Assembly (NCBI GenBank): GCA_951406725.2
Contig: OX597823.1
Coordinates: 34,534,001-34,598,000, forward strand
Direction: 5' to 3'
From: Octopus vulgaris
Lineage: Eukaryota
Length of the DNA: 64,000 nucleotides
This document shows positions 14,813 through 27,320 of the stretch, piece by piece. Positions within the stretch are counted from its first letter, which is position 1. Each line of letters begins with the position of its first letter. The translations under genes and the position numbers were made by a program. The notes beneath the pieces were generated by a model. It did not search any database. It was not told the origin of the DNA and worked only from the letters and a program-made list of their open reading frames with translations.

Positions 14813-15044
14813 TGTGGGAAGAGTATATAGTGAGAGGAAATAAGGATTAAAGAAATCCAGACGAGTACCTGACAGTACTCCATGCGAATGACCTGGCTGT
14901 CAAAAGAGGGAAATTAGAATCTTCAAACTCAAGGAGTTTCCAATTTATTTTCAAAGATATTTTTTATAAGAAATGTTTTTTGTTGTTCGATGTTTCAAAA
15001 AATTAAGTTTTGTTCAACAATTAAAATCAGAAATCTGAAATAAT

Positions 15045-15481
15045 CCTTTCTAAAACAAGCACAAGGCCTGGAATTTGGAGGAGGGGACGGTGGATTACAT
15101 CGACCCCATTACTTGACTGGTACTTAATTTATCAACCCTGAAAGGATGAAAGGCAAAGTCGACCTCGGCAGAATTAGAACTCAGAACGTAAAGACGGACC
15201 GCTAAGAATTTCATCCAGCGTGCTAACGATTTTGCCAGCTCACCACCTTTGAAATCAGAAATAATGCTTCAAATTTTTCCACAAGGGTGGCTTGGGAGAG
15301 GCAGAGATGAGTCGATGCTCATGTGAGTACCAGTGCTCACCTGGTACTTATTTTATCGACCCCGAAAGGATGAAAGGCAAAGTCGACCTCGGCGGAATTT
15401 GAACTTAGAACTGAGCGACGGGCGAAATGCCACAAAGCATTTCGTCCAGCGTGCTAACGATTCTGCCAGCTCGCCGCCTTT
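15045..15481 (-). mobile_element. Two tandem Deu/Nin-domain SINEs
   Basis: Two full monomers bracketed by three copies of GAAATCnGAAATAAT (15030, 15251, 15482). Confidence 0.85.
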
Positions 15482-15616
15482 GAAATCCGAAATAATGACA
15501 TTTAATGACTAATTTCTAAAGCATTTTCTTGTTCGTTTCGCTAAGTAAGGATATCCGAGTTTATTTTTGTATATTCCCCGCATTGTTTTTGTTTCGCTAT
15601 CAACTAATCATGTTAG

Positions 15617-16624
15617 TGATACGAGGTCAGTTGAGATAAAAAAGTGCTATGACCCAGTTTTGTGGTTTGATGCCGGACAGACTGGGGAAACAAGTTATTT
15701 GGCTTTTGTCCTGTCATTTGTAGGGAAAATTAATGAGTTAGGAAGTAACATTTTGGCTCCTACAGTCAGGGAAAGTTTAAGGAAAAAAATAAAAATGCTA
15801 CCCTTTATAAATGCGGCGAGCTGGGGTTTGTTGGTCAGTTTTGCCTGAGACAGTCAGTTGGCAACAGGTCAGTTTGGCGTGAGGGTTGGCCAGAGACAGT
15901 TCAGTCAGACCGTGAGCGGAGGGGCTAGGAGAGTGAGATGGAGATGACGGCGAGAAGGCATGGCTATTTGTAGTGGGAGTTTTTGTGATGATTCAGGGAG
16001 TGTTGCAGACGAGAAAACGTACGGTAATGTTTTGTTTATGTTTTCGTTGTTGAATTTTGGGTGGTGATGTGCGTTAAAAGAAAAGAGAAAAGAACTTGTG
16101 AACTGTGTTTAAAAAATGGGGGGGGGGGGGAGGACATTGTGTCAAAAGAACTGTAAAAACGAGAAGAAAAAGAAGGGAAAAGAACATTGTGACGTAAACT
16201 GTAATCTGTTGAAAAAAAAAAAGAATTGTTGAAGAGAAAAAGGAAAGACTTTAATGTGGACTGTTTTCGAACTCTGTATTGTGTTGAACATTAATGTGGA
16301 TTGTTTTCGGACGTTCTGTATTGTGCATGCATTGATTATTGTTTTTCTTTTTAACTCTGTATTTTCTTCAATGTAACGGCAATGTATTACGTTTTGATTG
16401 ATGTTGTAACAATTGTATAAACTGTTGCTAAATGTAAGCAACTGCCTTCCGCCGTGTCTCTCTCTCCTGTTGTTGTTGTTGTTGTTATCTCCGGTCACCG
16501 GTCTGTGTTCGCTGCCATCCTACCATCATTTTCTGTGGCGGATTTCCGTTTGACTGAGTGTGGTCGTCGTCGTCGCTCGACTTAGGGTCCCGAGTTCGAG
16601 TTGAGCGACGGCAGGTTCGTAACA
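15617..16624 (+). mobile_element. Possible solo LTR
   Basis: Imperfect terminal IR TGATACGA / TCGTAACA, TATA-like TTTATAAA at ~15804; no clear TSD. Confidence 0.4.
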
Positions 16625-17509
16625 CATGTTATATGTACCCAAACAAAAATCGAGATTGCCTCAGGAATTATTAACAAGTGAACGAAGTGATTCCAGTCAA
16701 AAGCTGAAACTGTATTTTAGCCATGATGAATTCTTTAATATTATTTCCAAACCATTGTAACTTTATTATTATTAATTTCTAGAAGAACGAATGTAATTTT
16801 CGCCATTAACATGCAAAATTCATTATGATAGACAATTTTGAAAAAAAAAAAACTGGTGAAAAACTGATATATTTCAAGAGTTTGGAGGAATTTTAAAAAG
16901 CTCCATTATAATATTAAGTAAATAAATAAATTGAGGAAACTTACATGTTTTGACTATTGCCGTAGGGATCACCACTACCTCCTCCGTCTCCGATGAAAAT
17001 GTATAGGTAGTTGTCATCGCCAAACAGAAGCTACAGTTGAGAATAAAGCAAAGATAGAGTTAATTAAAGTTATATAATTAAACAATACAGTTGACGTAAT
17101 TAACCAATATAGCTATAGATAATTTAATAGTTTACAGAACCCATACCGTTATGCAATTAACTAATACAATTAATATAACTAACATATTCGTTTACATAAT
17201 GAACAACTGTGTGATAATAAGGTATAACGATACAATTAACAAATACAGTTTGTAGTATTAATTAATACAATCATCTAATTAATATCCTAACATTCTTTTA
17301 TTCTTTTACTTGTTTCAGTCTTTGGATCGCAGTCTTACTGGGGTGCCGTCTTGGTGAGTTTAGCCCACCAAAATCACCCCGAACACTTATTCTCCTTGAG
17401 CCAGTTACTTATTCCATCGGTCTCTATGGTCGAATTGCTAAGTTACAGCAATGTAAGCAAACAACATCGATTGTCAAGTGATGTGGGATCAACACACACA
17501 CACACACAC

Positions 17510-17586
<77 letters not shown>

Positions 17587-17689
17587 CTGGGTGGTCGGGC
17601 TGAATTTAACAGTTTGCATAAAAGGAAAAAAGGCAATCCCATCCCAAAATAAAAGTATTTTATAAACTAAAAAAATATTAAGTAGATTA

Positions 17690-18467
17690 TGGCTGTGAGA
17701 TAGCGATTTATTCCAAGTAGCCAGCCTTAGCTTCCATCATTGACCTCAAGACGGCTCTGGAACCTGGCACGTGCGCTCTTCACTGTGTCCCTGGGAAGAT
17801 CTTGGAACACCTCTTTGATCTTGGCCACCAGCTCGGCCTTGGTGTTTCAGGCCAAGCGATTGATGGCTTTCTCAACCGCGCCCTGCACACAATAATCCAC
17901 GGGTTTACAATAGGGAGAATTAGGGAGCCAGAAATAGAGGGTGGCGAAGTCGGAGAATCTCTCTGACAAACACTTCTGATTCGTTCTGGGAGTATGGTAA
18001 AGTGCCACACATATGATCTTCCAGCAGCAATCCACTTCGGCCAGGGTTTGGAAACAGTCTCCAGCAGCTTCATATAGCCGTCTGAATAGATGCTAATTCC
18101 CTGTTCAGAGACGCGGAGATCAATTCCAGTGTGCGGATGCAGTCAGAAAGCCTGTCGGGTCCTTTCCTGCTGGCTACAGTTTTGTAGTCGCTGTTGCAGC
18201 TGTCCATGTCACCTTTGTCAACCTTTACAGTGTCCACATAGCATCAAACAGCAGCCGGCATTTTGATACCCGGTGCAAATCATTACAGTAGAGTTAACTC
18301 TTTTCCAATATTTAGATGGTTCTCAGTCCTCCATGTCAGCTAAGTTTTTCTCAATAACAACTTTAATCTTTATGCTCTCCAATACCGATGTCTGCGCATA
18401 AACACATTAAGCTCTTACAGTAAAAAGGAGGTATAAAACGATGGTCAAATTTATCCCGAACACTCTG
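17690..18467 (-). mobile_element. Tc1/mariner (maT-like) transposase pseudogene
   Basis: LETVSKPW..AGRSYVW and FWLPNSPYCKPVDYCVQGAVE (cf. WPPNSPDLNPLDY..WGAVE); terminus ..CCCGAACACTCTG|TA. Confidence 0.72.
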
Positions 18468-18470
18468 TAT

Positions 18471-18660
18471 GTATACATTATTTACATTCGATAGATATTT
18501 GTCATCTTGTTTGCTGTTAACACAACATCTCGGCTGATATACCCTCCAGCCTTCATCAGGTGTCTTGGCGAAATTTCGAACCTGGGTATATGGCGTAGTG
18601 GTTAAGAGTGCGGGCTATTAACCTCAAGATTACGAGTTCGATTCCCGGCAGTGACTTGAA

Positions 18661-18731
<71 letters not shown>

Positions 18732-18762
18732 ACAATAACATCGAAAAATTCCCTGGGAATGG
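18471..18762. mobile_element. tRNA-headed hammerhead-bearing element with its 3' part inverted
   Basis: Plus-strand head with A box TGGCGTAGTGG (18591) and B box GTTCGATTCC (~18636); 18471-18586 is the reverse complement of the sequence that follows the head in the 21331 copy, including CUGAUGA-AGGCUG..CAGCC-GA(G)A. Confidence 0.72.
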
Positions 18763-19197
18763 TATAAGATTACAAAAGAATAGATTAGACTTTACAAGAC
18801 TTTAAAAAACTTTATAAGAGGTGTTGAGTGTGCCGTCCTTCATTTTCAATACATAAGTTGATTCTTATGATAATCAAGTTGCGCATGCGCAGAATGAAAA
18901 TAATTCACTGCGGAGAGACTTTTTGAACACCCTGTATATGTATATAGTTTACATAAATAGCATGTTTATGTAATTAACAAATATACTTTAATAATGAACA
19001 TACTTTATAAAGTAAACTAATAAATTATGTAATTAACAATTACAGTCTACATAAATAACATGTTATTATCCAATGAACGCTTATATATATACGTATATAG
19101 TTTACATAAATAACACGTATTTATGTAATTAGCAAAAATAGCGTACATATTCATGTACATAAACGCGCATTTAACAAATACATTTCAAATTGTTATA

Positions 19198-19421
19198 CAG
19201 TACTCCCTCGAATATCGCGGGTGTTACGTTCCAAAATCCCCGCGATAAGTGAAAATCCGTGAAGTAGAAACAGTATTATACTGTATATTTTTTTTTAAAT
19301 TACGTTTATGATTTGTATATATTTATTTGATTATAAATGCAAAACAACACCACGAAAGAATCGACGTAAGCTTAAATAATAAACCGCAATAGGTGAACCG
19401 CGAGATGGCAAGGGATTACTG
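19198..19421. mobile_element. Tigger/pogo-like MITE
   Basis: TA|CAGTACTCCCTCGAATATCGCGG..CCGCGAGATGGCAAGGGATTACTG; longer relative at 61454-61899 and a stub at 935-975. Confidence 0.75.
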
Positions 19422-19756
19422 CACACCCAATTATGCAACTAACACAACCAGCATCTATATAACTAATGCAGCCAACTGCATAATGAACACGCCCCATAAT
19501 GTAGGTTACAGATGTGGTTTCTACGATAGCCTCGTAAGCAGTTAAACATCACTGTAAACTAATATCTGATCTAAATGCAGGTTTCTTTTGTAACGGTTTA
19601 CATATGGAGAAAGAGAAGAAAGAGCAAAAGAGGGATGAAGTTAGCATCGAAGATGCAGGGTGTGAACCGTAGCTTTCTGAAAAATACACATTTTTTTTTC
19701 AAGAAATTTTGCAGTGATTGGTTCGCCATGGAACAACTTGCCGTTATATATTTTTT

Positions 19757-20359
19757 TTACCTTCGCCAAGGAAGGCGGTTATGTTTTCATCGGCGTTGGT
19801 TTGTCCGTCTGTCCGTCTGTGTGCAAAATAACTCAAAAAGTTGTGAACAGTATTTCATGAAACTTGCAGGGAAAAGTTGGTAATGACACAAGGAACAGAT
19901 GATGAAATTTTGGTAGTGATCCGAGAATTGTATGGATTCTTGAATGATTTTTCATTTGTTAAATTTTCTTTACATAAAGTATTATCATGTTACGCTCTTT
20001 GATTATCTCCCTTGAAAACGCGTTCATCGTTTCCACATAACCTATGGTGGCGTTGCTGTTCCTAAAGTTTATTTTGGTTTCTCTATTAGTAATTTTACTC
20101 GTGTATCTATCTTAAAACAAGCTGCTTGGTGGAGGTCTGCGGAGGATGACATGACAAGCCTTGAATATTGGGATGATTTCTGTTTTTAAAGGTTTTTTTT
20201 AAAAAATCATATGGCTGTATTATTTCTTTTTTAGCCCCGCCAAAGAGGTTATGTTTTTGCCAGCGTTGGTTTGGCAATTTGGGCGATTTTCAGCATGCAT
20301 GTATATGGGTGGAAATGAGCTGCTTGGCAGAGGTCTGCGCTCTCCGAGTGCTTTTCTAG
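19757..20359 (+). mobile_element. Helentron-associated non-autonomous element (HINE/DINE-1-like), partly duplicated
   Basis: Subterminal IR CCTTCGCCAAG / CTTGGCAGAGG, GTCC/GTCT repeats, 3' hairpin GCGCTCTCCGAGTGC then CTAGT; second start at ~20232. Confidence 0.7.
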
Positions 20360-20360
20360 T

Positions 20361-20833
20361 TTATTCTTTTACTTGTTTCAGTTATTTGACTGCGGCCATG
20401 CTGGAGCACCGCCTTTAGTCGAACAAATCGACCCCAAAACTTATTCTTTGTATGTCTTTTTTACGTTATGGGGACGTAAACACACCAACATCGGTTGTCA
20501 CGTGATGGTGGGGTGACAAACACACATACACACATATATGTATAAATTGTTATACTAGATAATAGAGTCAATGATATCTTCGCAAATTATTTTCCCGTGA
20601 ATTATTTGCTTCGTATTGAATATACATATGTAAAAATGTATGTGTATGTATATATATGTATGAGTATATATGTATATATATATAAATATTTGGATGTGTA
20701 TATGTATGCATATATATATATTTTAGGTAGGACTATATATTTATGTATTAAAAATCTGGGTACTTTACCAACAGTATATAGGATAAATAGTATCCCTTAG
20801 TAGATTACATCCATAACCCCTAACTTACTTTGT

Positions 20834-20872
<39 letters not shown>

Positions 20873-21021
20873 GATGGGCTTCTTTCAGTTTCCGTCAACC
20901 AAATCTACTCACAAGGCTTTGGTCGGCCCGAGGTTATAGTAGAAGACATGTGTCCAAGGCGCCAACCTGGAACCATGTGGTTGATAAGCAAACTACTTAC
21001 CACACAGTCACGCTTGCGCCT
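20361..21021 (-). mobile_element. tRNA-derived SINE with internal microsatellite linker
   Basis: Head AGGCGC..TGTGTGGTAAG..CCTTGG(G)CAAGTG, TA/CA linker, tail ..CAGCATGGCCGCAGTC..GAAACAAGTAAAAGA. Other copies at 17293-17492(-), 21763-22145(+), 31466-31910(-), 63668-64000(-). Confidence 0.8.
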
Positions 21022-21330
21022 ATCAATACTTGATTAGGTTGATCAAATTTAGAAAAATCATTCTAATTTTGGCGCAAGGCCAATCATTTTTATGTGAGGA
21101 GTGAAGCTGATTATATCGACCTCAGTACATGACAGGTATTTTATCTTATCGATCTCGAAAGAATGAAAGGTGAAGTTAACCACGGCAAAGAGTCTATTGT
21201 CCGATGTTTTTACCATTCCAATTGCAAGCATACAAATCAGAAATTTGTTTTATTTAAATTCTAAAGTACTAAATATATATATATTTTTAATTAATATTCA
21301 GTTCTATGAGCCCTAAAATTCACTCCGTAA

Positions 21331-21530
21331 TTACTAACCCCCAAGATTCCCAGTTCGACTCCAGGCAATTACCTGAATAATAATAATCACAACGAAAAAT
21401 ACCTTAGGAATGAGAACCCAGGTTTGAAATTTCCCCAAGACACCTGATGAAGGCTGGAGGGTATCTCAGGCGAAACGTTAACAATAAACAAGATGAGGAC
21501 AAATATCCGTCAATTGTAAATAATGTAAAT
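21331..21530 (+). mobile_element. Second, 5'-truncated copy of the tRNA-headed hammerhead element
   Basis: B box GTTCGACTCC (~21353), (AAT)n, then GACAC CTGATGA AGGCTG..CAGGC GAAACGTT at 21438-21480. Confidence 0.72.
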
Positions 21531-21921
21531 AAATTAATATTCATTTCGTCATTTTGTATCGACATCAAGCGATAGAAGTTAAATGCCGTACTTCCTGATA
21601 CTAACCAGAATGGTAAAAGTTTCCTTCTAAGTGTCCTTCCCTCCTTTGATGGGAAACACTCTAGTTCATTAATAAATGCGTAAATAATAACACACACATT
21701 TGTATGGTTAATACATTTACCGAATTAATTAATATAAATACATATTGAACAAGTACAATCACAGGCGCAGGCGTGGATGTGTGGTAAGACGCTTGCTTCC
21801 CAGCCACATGGTTTGCGGTTCAGTCCCGCTGCGTGGCACCTTAGGCAAGTGTTTCTACTATAGCTTCAAGCTCACCAAAGCCTTGAGTGGATGTTGTAGG
21901 TGGACAATGTAAGAAGCCTGT

Positions 21922-21994
<73 letters not shown>

Positions 21995-22159
21995 GCATAT
22001 GTGTGCATATGCCTTTGTGTCTGTGTTTGTGTTTGTCCCCTACCCCCACCATTGACAACCAATGTTGGTGTGTTTACGTCCCTCTAACTCAGCGGTTAGC
22101 AAGAGAGAGTGATAGAATAAGTGCAATGGCTGAAACAATTAAGTAGTTACATAACGAAT

Positions 22160-22640
22160 TTTTTTAGAAGCATCCAACCGTTTCTGTCCTGGGACTGTCT
22201 TCTCTCTCTACTGTGGCTCTGGTGGTCGTCATTTCGCCTCAGTTTTTGCTCTCGTCGCGGTTCATATTGAACCAGATTCTGATTTGCACAGTAATATATA
22301 GAGTCCAACATTAAACATCTCTTCTCATAGAAATTCTGCCCAAGTTGCCCGTCTGTCGCTTTCTTAAGTCTATCGCACTGGTTTAATCGTCTGCATATTG
22401 GATCAATTTGGCTCGCATCATCTCGATTTCCGAGAGATGCCACATCAAGAAATCCTCTTATATCTGAATAAAGAAAAGCGTTTCTCAATTCGAAAATTCA
22501 CAAGAGGCCCAAGAGCCAAAACGAGAGAGAGAGAGAGAATGGCGATGATATTAGACATATTTCAAGAACTGAGTCCGTGGTATTGAGGGACTAACAAATT
22601 GCAGTGTATCCTGATCTGGCAAACAAGTTATTTCCATGTA
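22160..22640 (-). mobile_element. Degraded LINE RT fragment (L1/Tx1-like)
   Basis: Minus-strand KLIQYADD at ~22385-22410, preceded by VLALGPL. Confidence 0.4.
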
Positions 22641-24268
22641 CTCCCCACCCACCCCTCTCTCTCTCTCTCCCACGCGCACACGCATTTTTACGATCCACTT
22701 TCCGAAGCGCGGTGTTTGTGCGTGCATGCATGCATACATACATACATACATACATACATACATACTTACAATATAAGCGATCAATGCTTATTATGATGAT
22801 AGAAACCAACTTCCATTTCACATGAAAGGACAGGGTATTTCAGCCAACAAGAAATTCCATAGACTGTATAAAGAGGCACAACGGAAAAAAAATTGCCAAA
22901 GCCAATTTGGATTTAGGATTTAATGAAGCTGATTTAGGAAAAGGAGCTGATCGTAAAAGAAAACAGATGTAGACAACATGGAACGAAACCCCTTCACATT
23001 CAGAAGTAAAATTTGAGGAAAACGTACAAGTGTGAGAGATATATGTGAGGGATGTATGCGTATTGGGTCACATTAACTGTATCCATACTTCCTCGTAAGG
23101 ACTTAATTAAAGAAATCGTAGGGAACCGGAGGAGGAAACAAAATTTATATGGAAACTTGCTATGATAAAATTCTGAACGGATATTTCTGTCATTCTCTGT
23201 AAGCAATCTCATTTCAAAGAAAAAAAATGAGTTACCAACTGTCAAATGCTAAATGAAATATCGAAAATGACAACTAACTGAGAAAATGTGAAGAATGTGA
23301 ATTAGAGTTTATCACAAAAGAAGAAAACAGATCCAAGCTCTTGTAGCAACGAAAACAAATGTTTCTTGACGAATATGCTGCGAATTACAGTTAGGAGTTT
23401 TCACTGTTAGGATATATCAGGAAACTCCCTAATAGAATTATGAAGCACCAGAACCTACACAGAATCACATCTAAGAATAAATATTCTTTCGATAAAACTG
23501 TGGACCAAAATATTAGATTAAGAAGAGCAAGAAATAGAACAGTTTCAAGACGAAGATTGCCAGCATGGAATGAGGTAAAAAGTTACTCTAGATCCGAAAA
23601 TATACGTAGATTGTTTTCTAAGAGAGTTAAACGTAGCACTTCATGGACATACAATATACTCAATGCCTGGAACAGGACAGAAACAGCAGCAAAACATGGT
23701 CAAACACAAAATTTACGGTTTCAGAAGCAAAAATCAACAATAAAAATACTAAAGAAAAAATTTCAATATTTAGTGTCGGAAAACAAACACCGGGAAAAGG
23801 ACGAAAAACAAAAAGCAAGACAGAAAAAAAAAAAAACATTTCCGGAACTTTTGACTGTACAAACCCTAAAAGTATTAATTTGTGAAAAAAGAATTTGAGG
23901 AAACATTAACTTCGACTTCTGGCAGAAAGGGAATAAAATTCACGCCTTTACCAACAAGCAATCATAAAGAACTAAAAGCTATCCAAAAATTCGTTGTTGA
24001 TTAGTTTTGATATAAAAAAAAGTCTGTTGATAGATATTCTACATGATTTAAGAATAACAGCAATCAGTATCAAATGCCGGTATTGGAAAGACATATTAGC
24101 CATACTGGAACTTCATTATCCGAACACACGCGAATACACCGGCAGCAATTTAGGTGCCCTAATGTCAGACAGATATCATTAAGTAATCAATTGAACAAAA
24201 AGTTAACATTTCCATTTTATAAACTTTATAAGCCAAAAGGCAAAGAAAATGTTTGTGCGTGTGTGTAC

Positions 24269-24301
<33 letters not shown>

Positions 24302-24559
24302 ATACACACACACATATGTTAATGTATATATGTATGTACGTATGTATACCTACACGCATTCATATTTATTTACATCTATTGGAATTTGATTAACTACTAT
24401 ACCCTTATTGCTACACTTGTTTATTTCCCCAACTCTCGTTGACCGACAACGGTATTTAAGGTACATATATTTAAATACACATTCACATATATGTATATGC
24501 ACACACATACATACACGTACATGCATGCATGCATGCATACATGCATACATACATACATA

Positions 24560-25110
24560 TGTAACGGGAACGAGTAGCTTCATGCACTTTTAGAGTGCAT
24601 GTGGTGCATACAAATTACCGTTGCTTTAATATCCAGATTCTACTAGTCAAAGAAACACAAAACGCAGACGTAAAAAATATATATTTTTTATTGTCTTATA
24701 ACGGTAAGAAATAAGTGGTGTATCTGGTATCCCTTTGGTATGGATGTGTCAGAGCTGAACTTTATCGCTTGTAAGATTTTACAATGTTCAAATGCAACAA
24801 CACTGGTCAAAATGGCGTCAGGAGAGAGAAGATGATGTGGTCTGCAACAAATCCTGGTTAAAAGTCTTCTGCCGACTGCTGCTGTATCAAGTCCGGACAG
24901 AGAGAGAATTACACGTCCGGTGCCTTCAGTCGCCGTGTCTCAAGTCACTGCCTATATCTCTCCGGACCCTTTTAAGGTTCACGCTCCCCTGCCTCTCGGC
25001 TAAACTGCCACGTCAGCAAATTCCTTCTTCCGGTGGTGAAAGCACCAACCCCGCACGCGCGAAACAGAAAAGGGCGGTGCGTGCGCGCACCGTTGTACAG
25101 GATCACTACA
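24560..25110. mobile_element. Probable solo LTR
   Basis: TGTA..TACA termini, CATA on both sides (within a CATA microsatellite), 551 bp, no ORF. Confidence 0.55.
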
Positions 25111-25183
25111 CATACATACATACATACATACATACATACATACATACATACATACACACGCACACAAGTACACACATAAATAA

Positions 25184-26023
25184 CACTGGTCAACAGACTT
25201 TTTGCTGACCGCGGTTTGCTTAATTTTGTGATGCTGATTTCAAATATGGCATCCATTTTCTTCGAACACGTCAAGTTTTCATTCTGTATCAGATGATATA
25301 CTGATAACTCTTTTGAGTCTCTAACTAAATTATCAAGTTCTGCCTGGTTAAAGTTTTCACGTTCTTTGGTTGATGTTTCTGCAAAGTCTGTATCATTATC
25401 ATGTCCATGATTTACATCTACTTCACATATACCCGCACTTTCATCTTGCAGTGAAGGTAGATCCTTGAAAACGGGTTCTAATATGCAATCTGAGTGAAGC
25501 AATGGATGAATTGCTGAATCCAGGTTTGGGTAACTTATTTTCTGTCACGTTATCTTGCTATAACCAGCAGTCATTGTGAGACAAAAGTAGCAGTTGTTTA
25601 CATGGTTCTTTGGCTCACACCATGTCATACGAATGTCAAATGTTAGTTATTCCTTTGTGCCCTTTGTCCATTGGCGTAGATTTAGGGTTCACAGACATTG
25701 TGCGGGCCCACGATTTATCCTGATCACCAACGTTAATCTTTAAGTAAGCCAAGTAGGACCTTTTCACAATATCACTAACATTCGTTCTTTGACTTGGGTA
25801 CTGTAAAGTATCCACATATATCAAAAAAGAGTCAGAGGAATTCAAACATTTCAAATATAGAGCTATGGGTGGGACCAATTTGGGCCAGCCCATAGATAGA
25901 AAAAAAATCAGATGTGAGAAAAAAAAAACTATTGCCATTTTAAAACTCAGTGATCGAAAATTACTCCAAAACAGGTCTCAAACTTAGGCCAGCAGAAAAA
26001 AAGTTAGAATTTGTTTGCCAGTG
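25184..26023 (-). mobile_element. Internally deleted Chapaev3-type DNA transposon
   Basis: Termini CACTGG..CCAGTG with TAA TSD; transposase remnants CLNSSDSF, VKRSYLAYLKINVGDQDKSWA, FNQAELDNLVRD. Confidence 0.75.
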
Positions 26024-26026
26024 TAA

Positions 26027-26816
26027 TCCGTTCTACAAAAAGCACAAGGCCTGAAATTTTGGTGCAGGGGCAATTCAATTATATTGACTCCAATACGTAA
26101 CTGGTACTTATTTCACTGAGCCTGAAAGGATGAAAAGCAAAGTCCACCTCGGCGGCGACTAAAGGTTAAATAATCGCCAGTTTGTATAATATTTTTTCTA
26201 CACTAGGCACAAGGCCCGAAATTTGGGGGGGGGGGGGCAGTCGATTACATCGACCCCAGGTCGCAACTGATACTTAATTTAATCGAAACAGAAAGGATAA
26301 AAGGCAAAGTCGACATCGGCGGAATTTGAACTCAGAACGTAAAGACAGACGAAATACTTATTTCTTTACTACCCACAAGGGGCTCAACACAGAGAGGACA
26401 AACAAGGACAGACAAACGGATTAAGTCGATTACATCGACTCCAGTCCGTAACTGGTACTTAATATATCGACCCCGAAAGGATGAAAGGCAAAGTCGACCT
26501 CGGCGGAATTTGAACTCAGAACGCAACGGCAGACGAAATACCGCTAAGCATTTCGCCCGGCGTGCTGACGTTTCTTATTTCTTTATTGCCCACAAGGGAC
26601 TAAACATAGAGGGGACAAAGAAGGACAGACAAAGGGATTACGTCGATTACATCGACCCCAGTGCGTAATTGGTACTTAATTTATTGGCCCCGAAAGGATG
26701 AAAGGCGGAATTTGAACTCAGAACGTAGCGGCAGACACAATACCTATTTCTTTACTACCCACAAGGGTAGTAAGCATTTCTCCCGGTGCGCTAACGTTTC
26801 TGCCAGCTGCCGCCTT
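26027..26816 (-). mobile_element. Deu/Nin-domain SINE cluster: one partial monomer plus a multimer
   Basis: Multimer 26194-26816 flanked by CCAGTTT(G/C)TATAATATT at 26177 and 26817. Confidence 0.85.
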
Positions 26817-26909
26817 CCAGTTTCTATAATATTATTAGCACAAAATTTTATTCGGCTTCAAAACACGGATGTCAATGAAACTCAGTCCACTTAATTTCGA
26901 GCATTTACA

Positions 26910-27320
26910 TATAGAGAAGCACAGCTGATTACTAATTGGAAACATATACAATATAGACGTACATGTTGGGGCTAATTGTTAACGGATACTGTATAGAGTT
27001 GCCGTTGGTTAGAAGTACAGTTAATTACAGTAAACAGGTTCAGCATAGATGAACTTGGCGTTAACAGACACAGTATAAAGATAGAGTTGGTAGTTGACTG
27101 TGAACGGATACAATATAGAGATATCGTTCATATCGAGCTGTAAACAGACACAATATAAATGTACACATGATTACTAGTTGTAAACAGATACAATAGAGAG
27201 GTGCAGTTTATTACTAACAGTAAATATATGTAATATAGAAATACACCTGTTTACTAACTGTGAACATTTGGTAATTAACTATAAAGAGGTAGAATATAGA
27301 ATTACGAGCGGTTACTCAAA
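26910..27320. repeat. Degenerate ~40-bp minisatellite
   Basis: Recurring TGTAAACAGATACAATATAGA..ACAG(T/C)TGATTACTAA; same unit at ~29400-29530. Confidence 0.6.

Noticed and set aside
18584-18655. Possible functional tRNA gene
   Set aside because: Acceptor stem does not pair well, no terminator, and it is part of a dispersed repeat; same for heads at 2820-2887 and 40810-40877.
23440-23898. 152-aa Lys/Arg-rich ORF
   Set aside because: A-rich with no firm domain; possibly a decayed R4/Dong N-terminal region, too weak to call.
26194-26816. Repeat-spacer-like periodicity resembling a CRISPR array
   Set aside because: Units are long SINE monomers with homologous intervening sequence; eukaryotic context and no cas genes.
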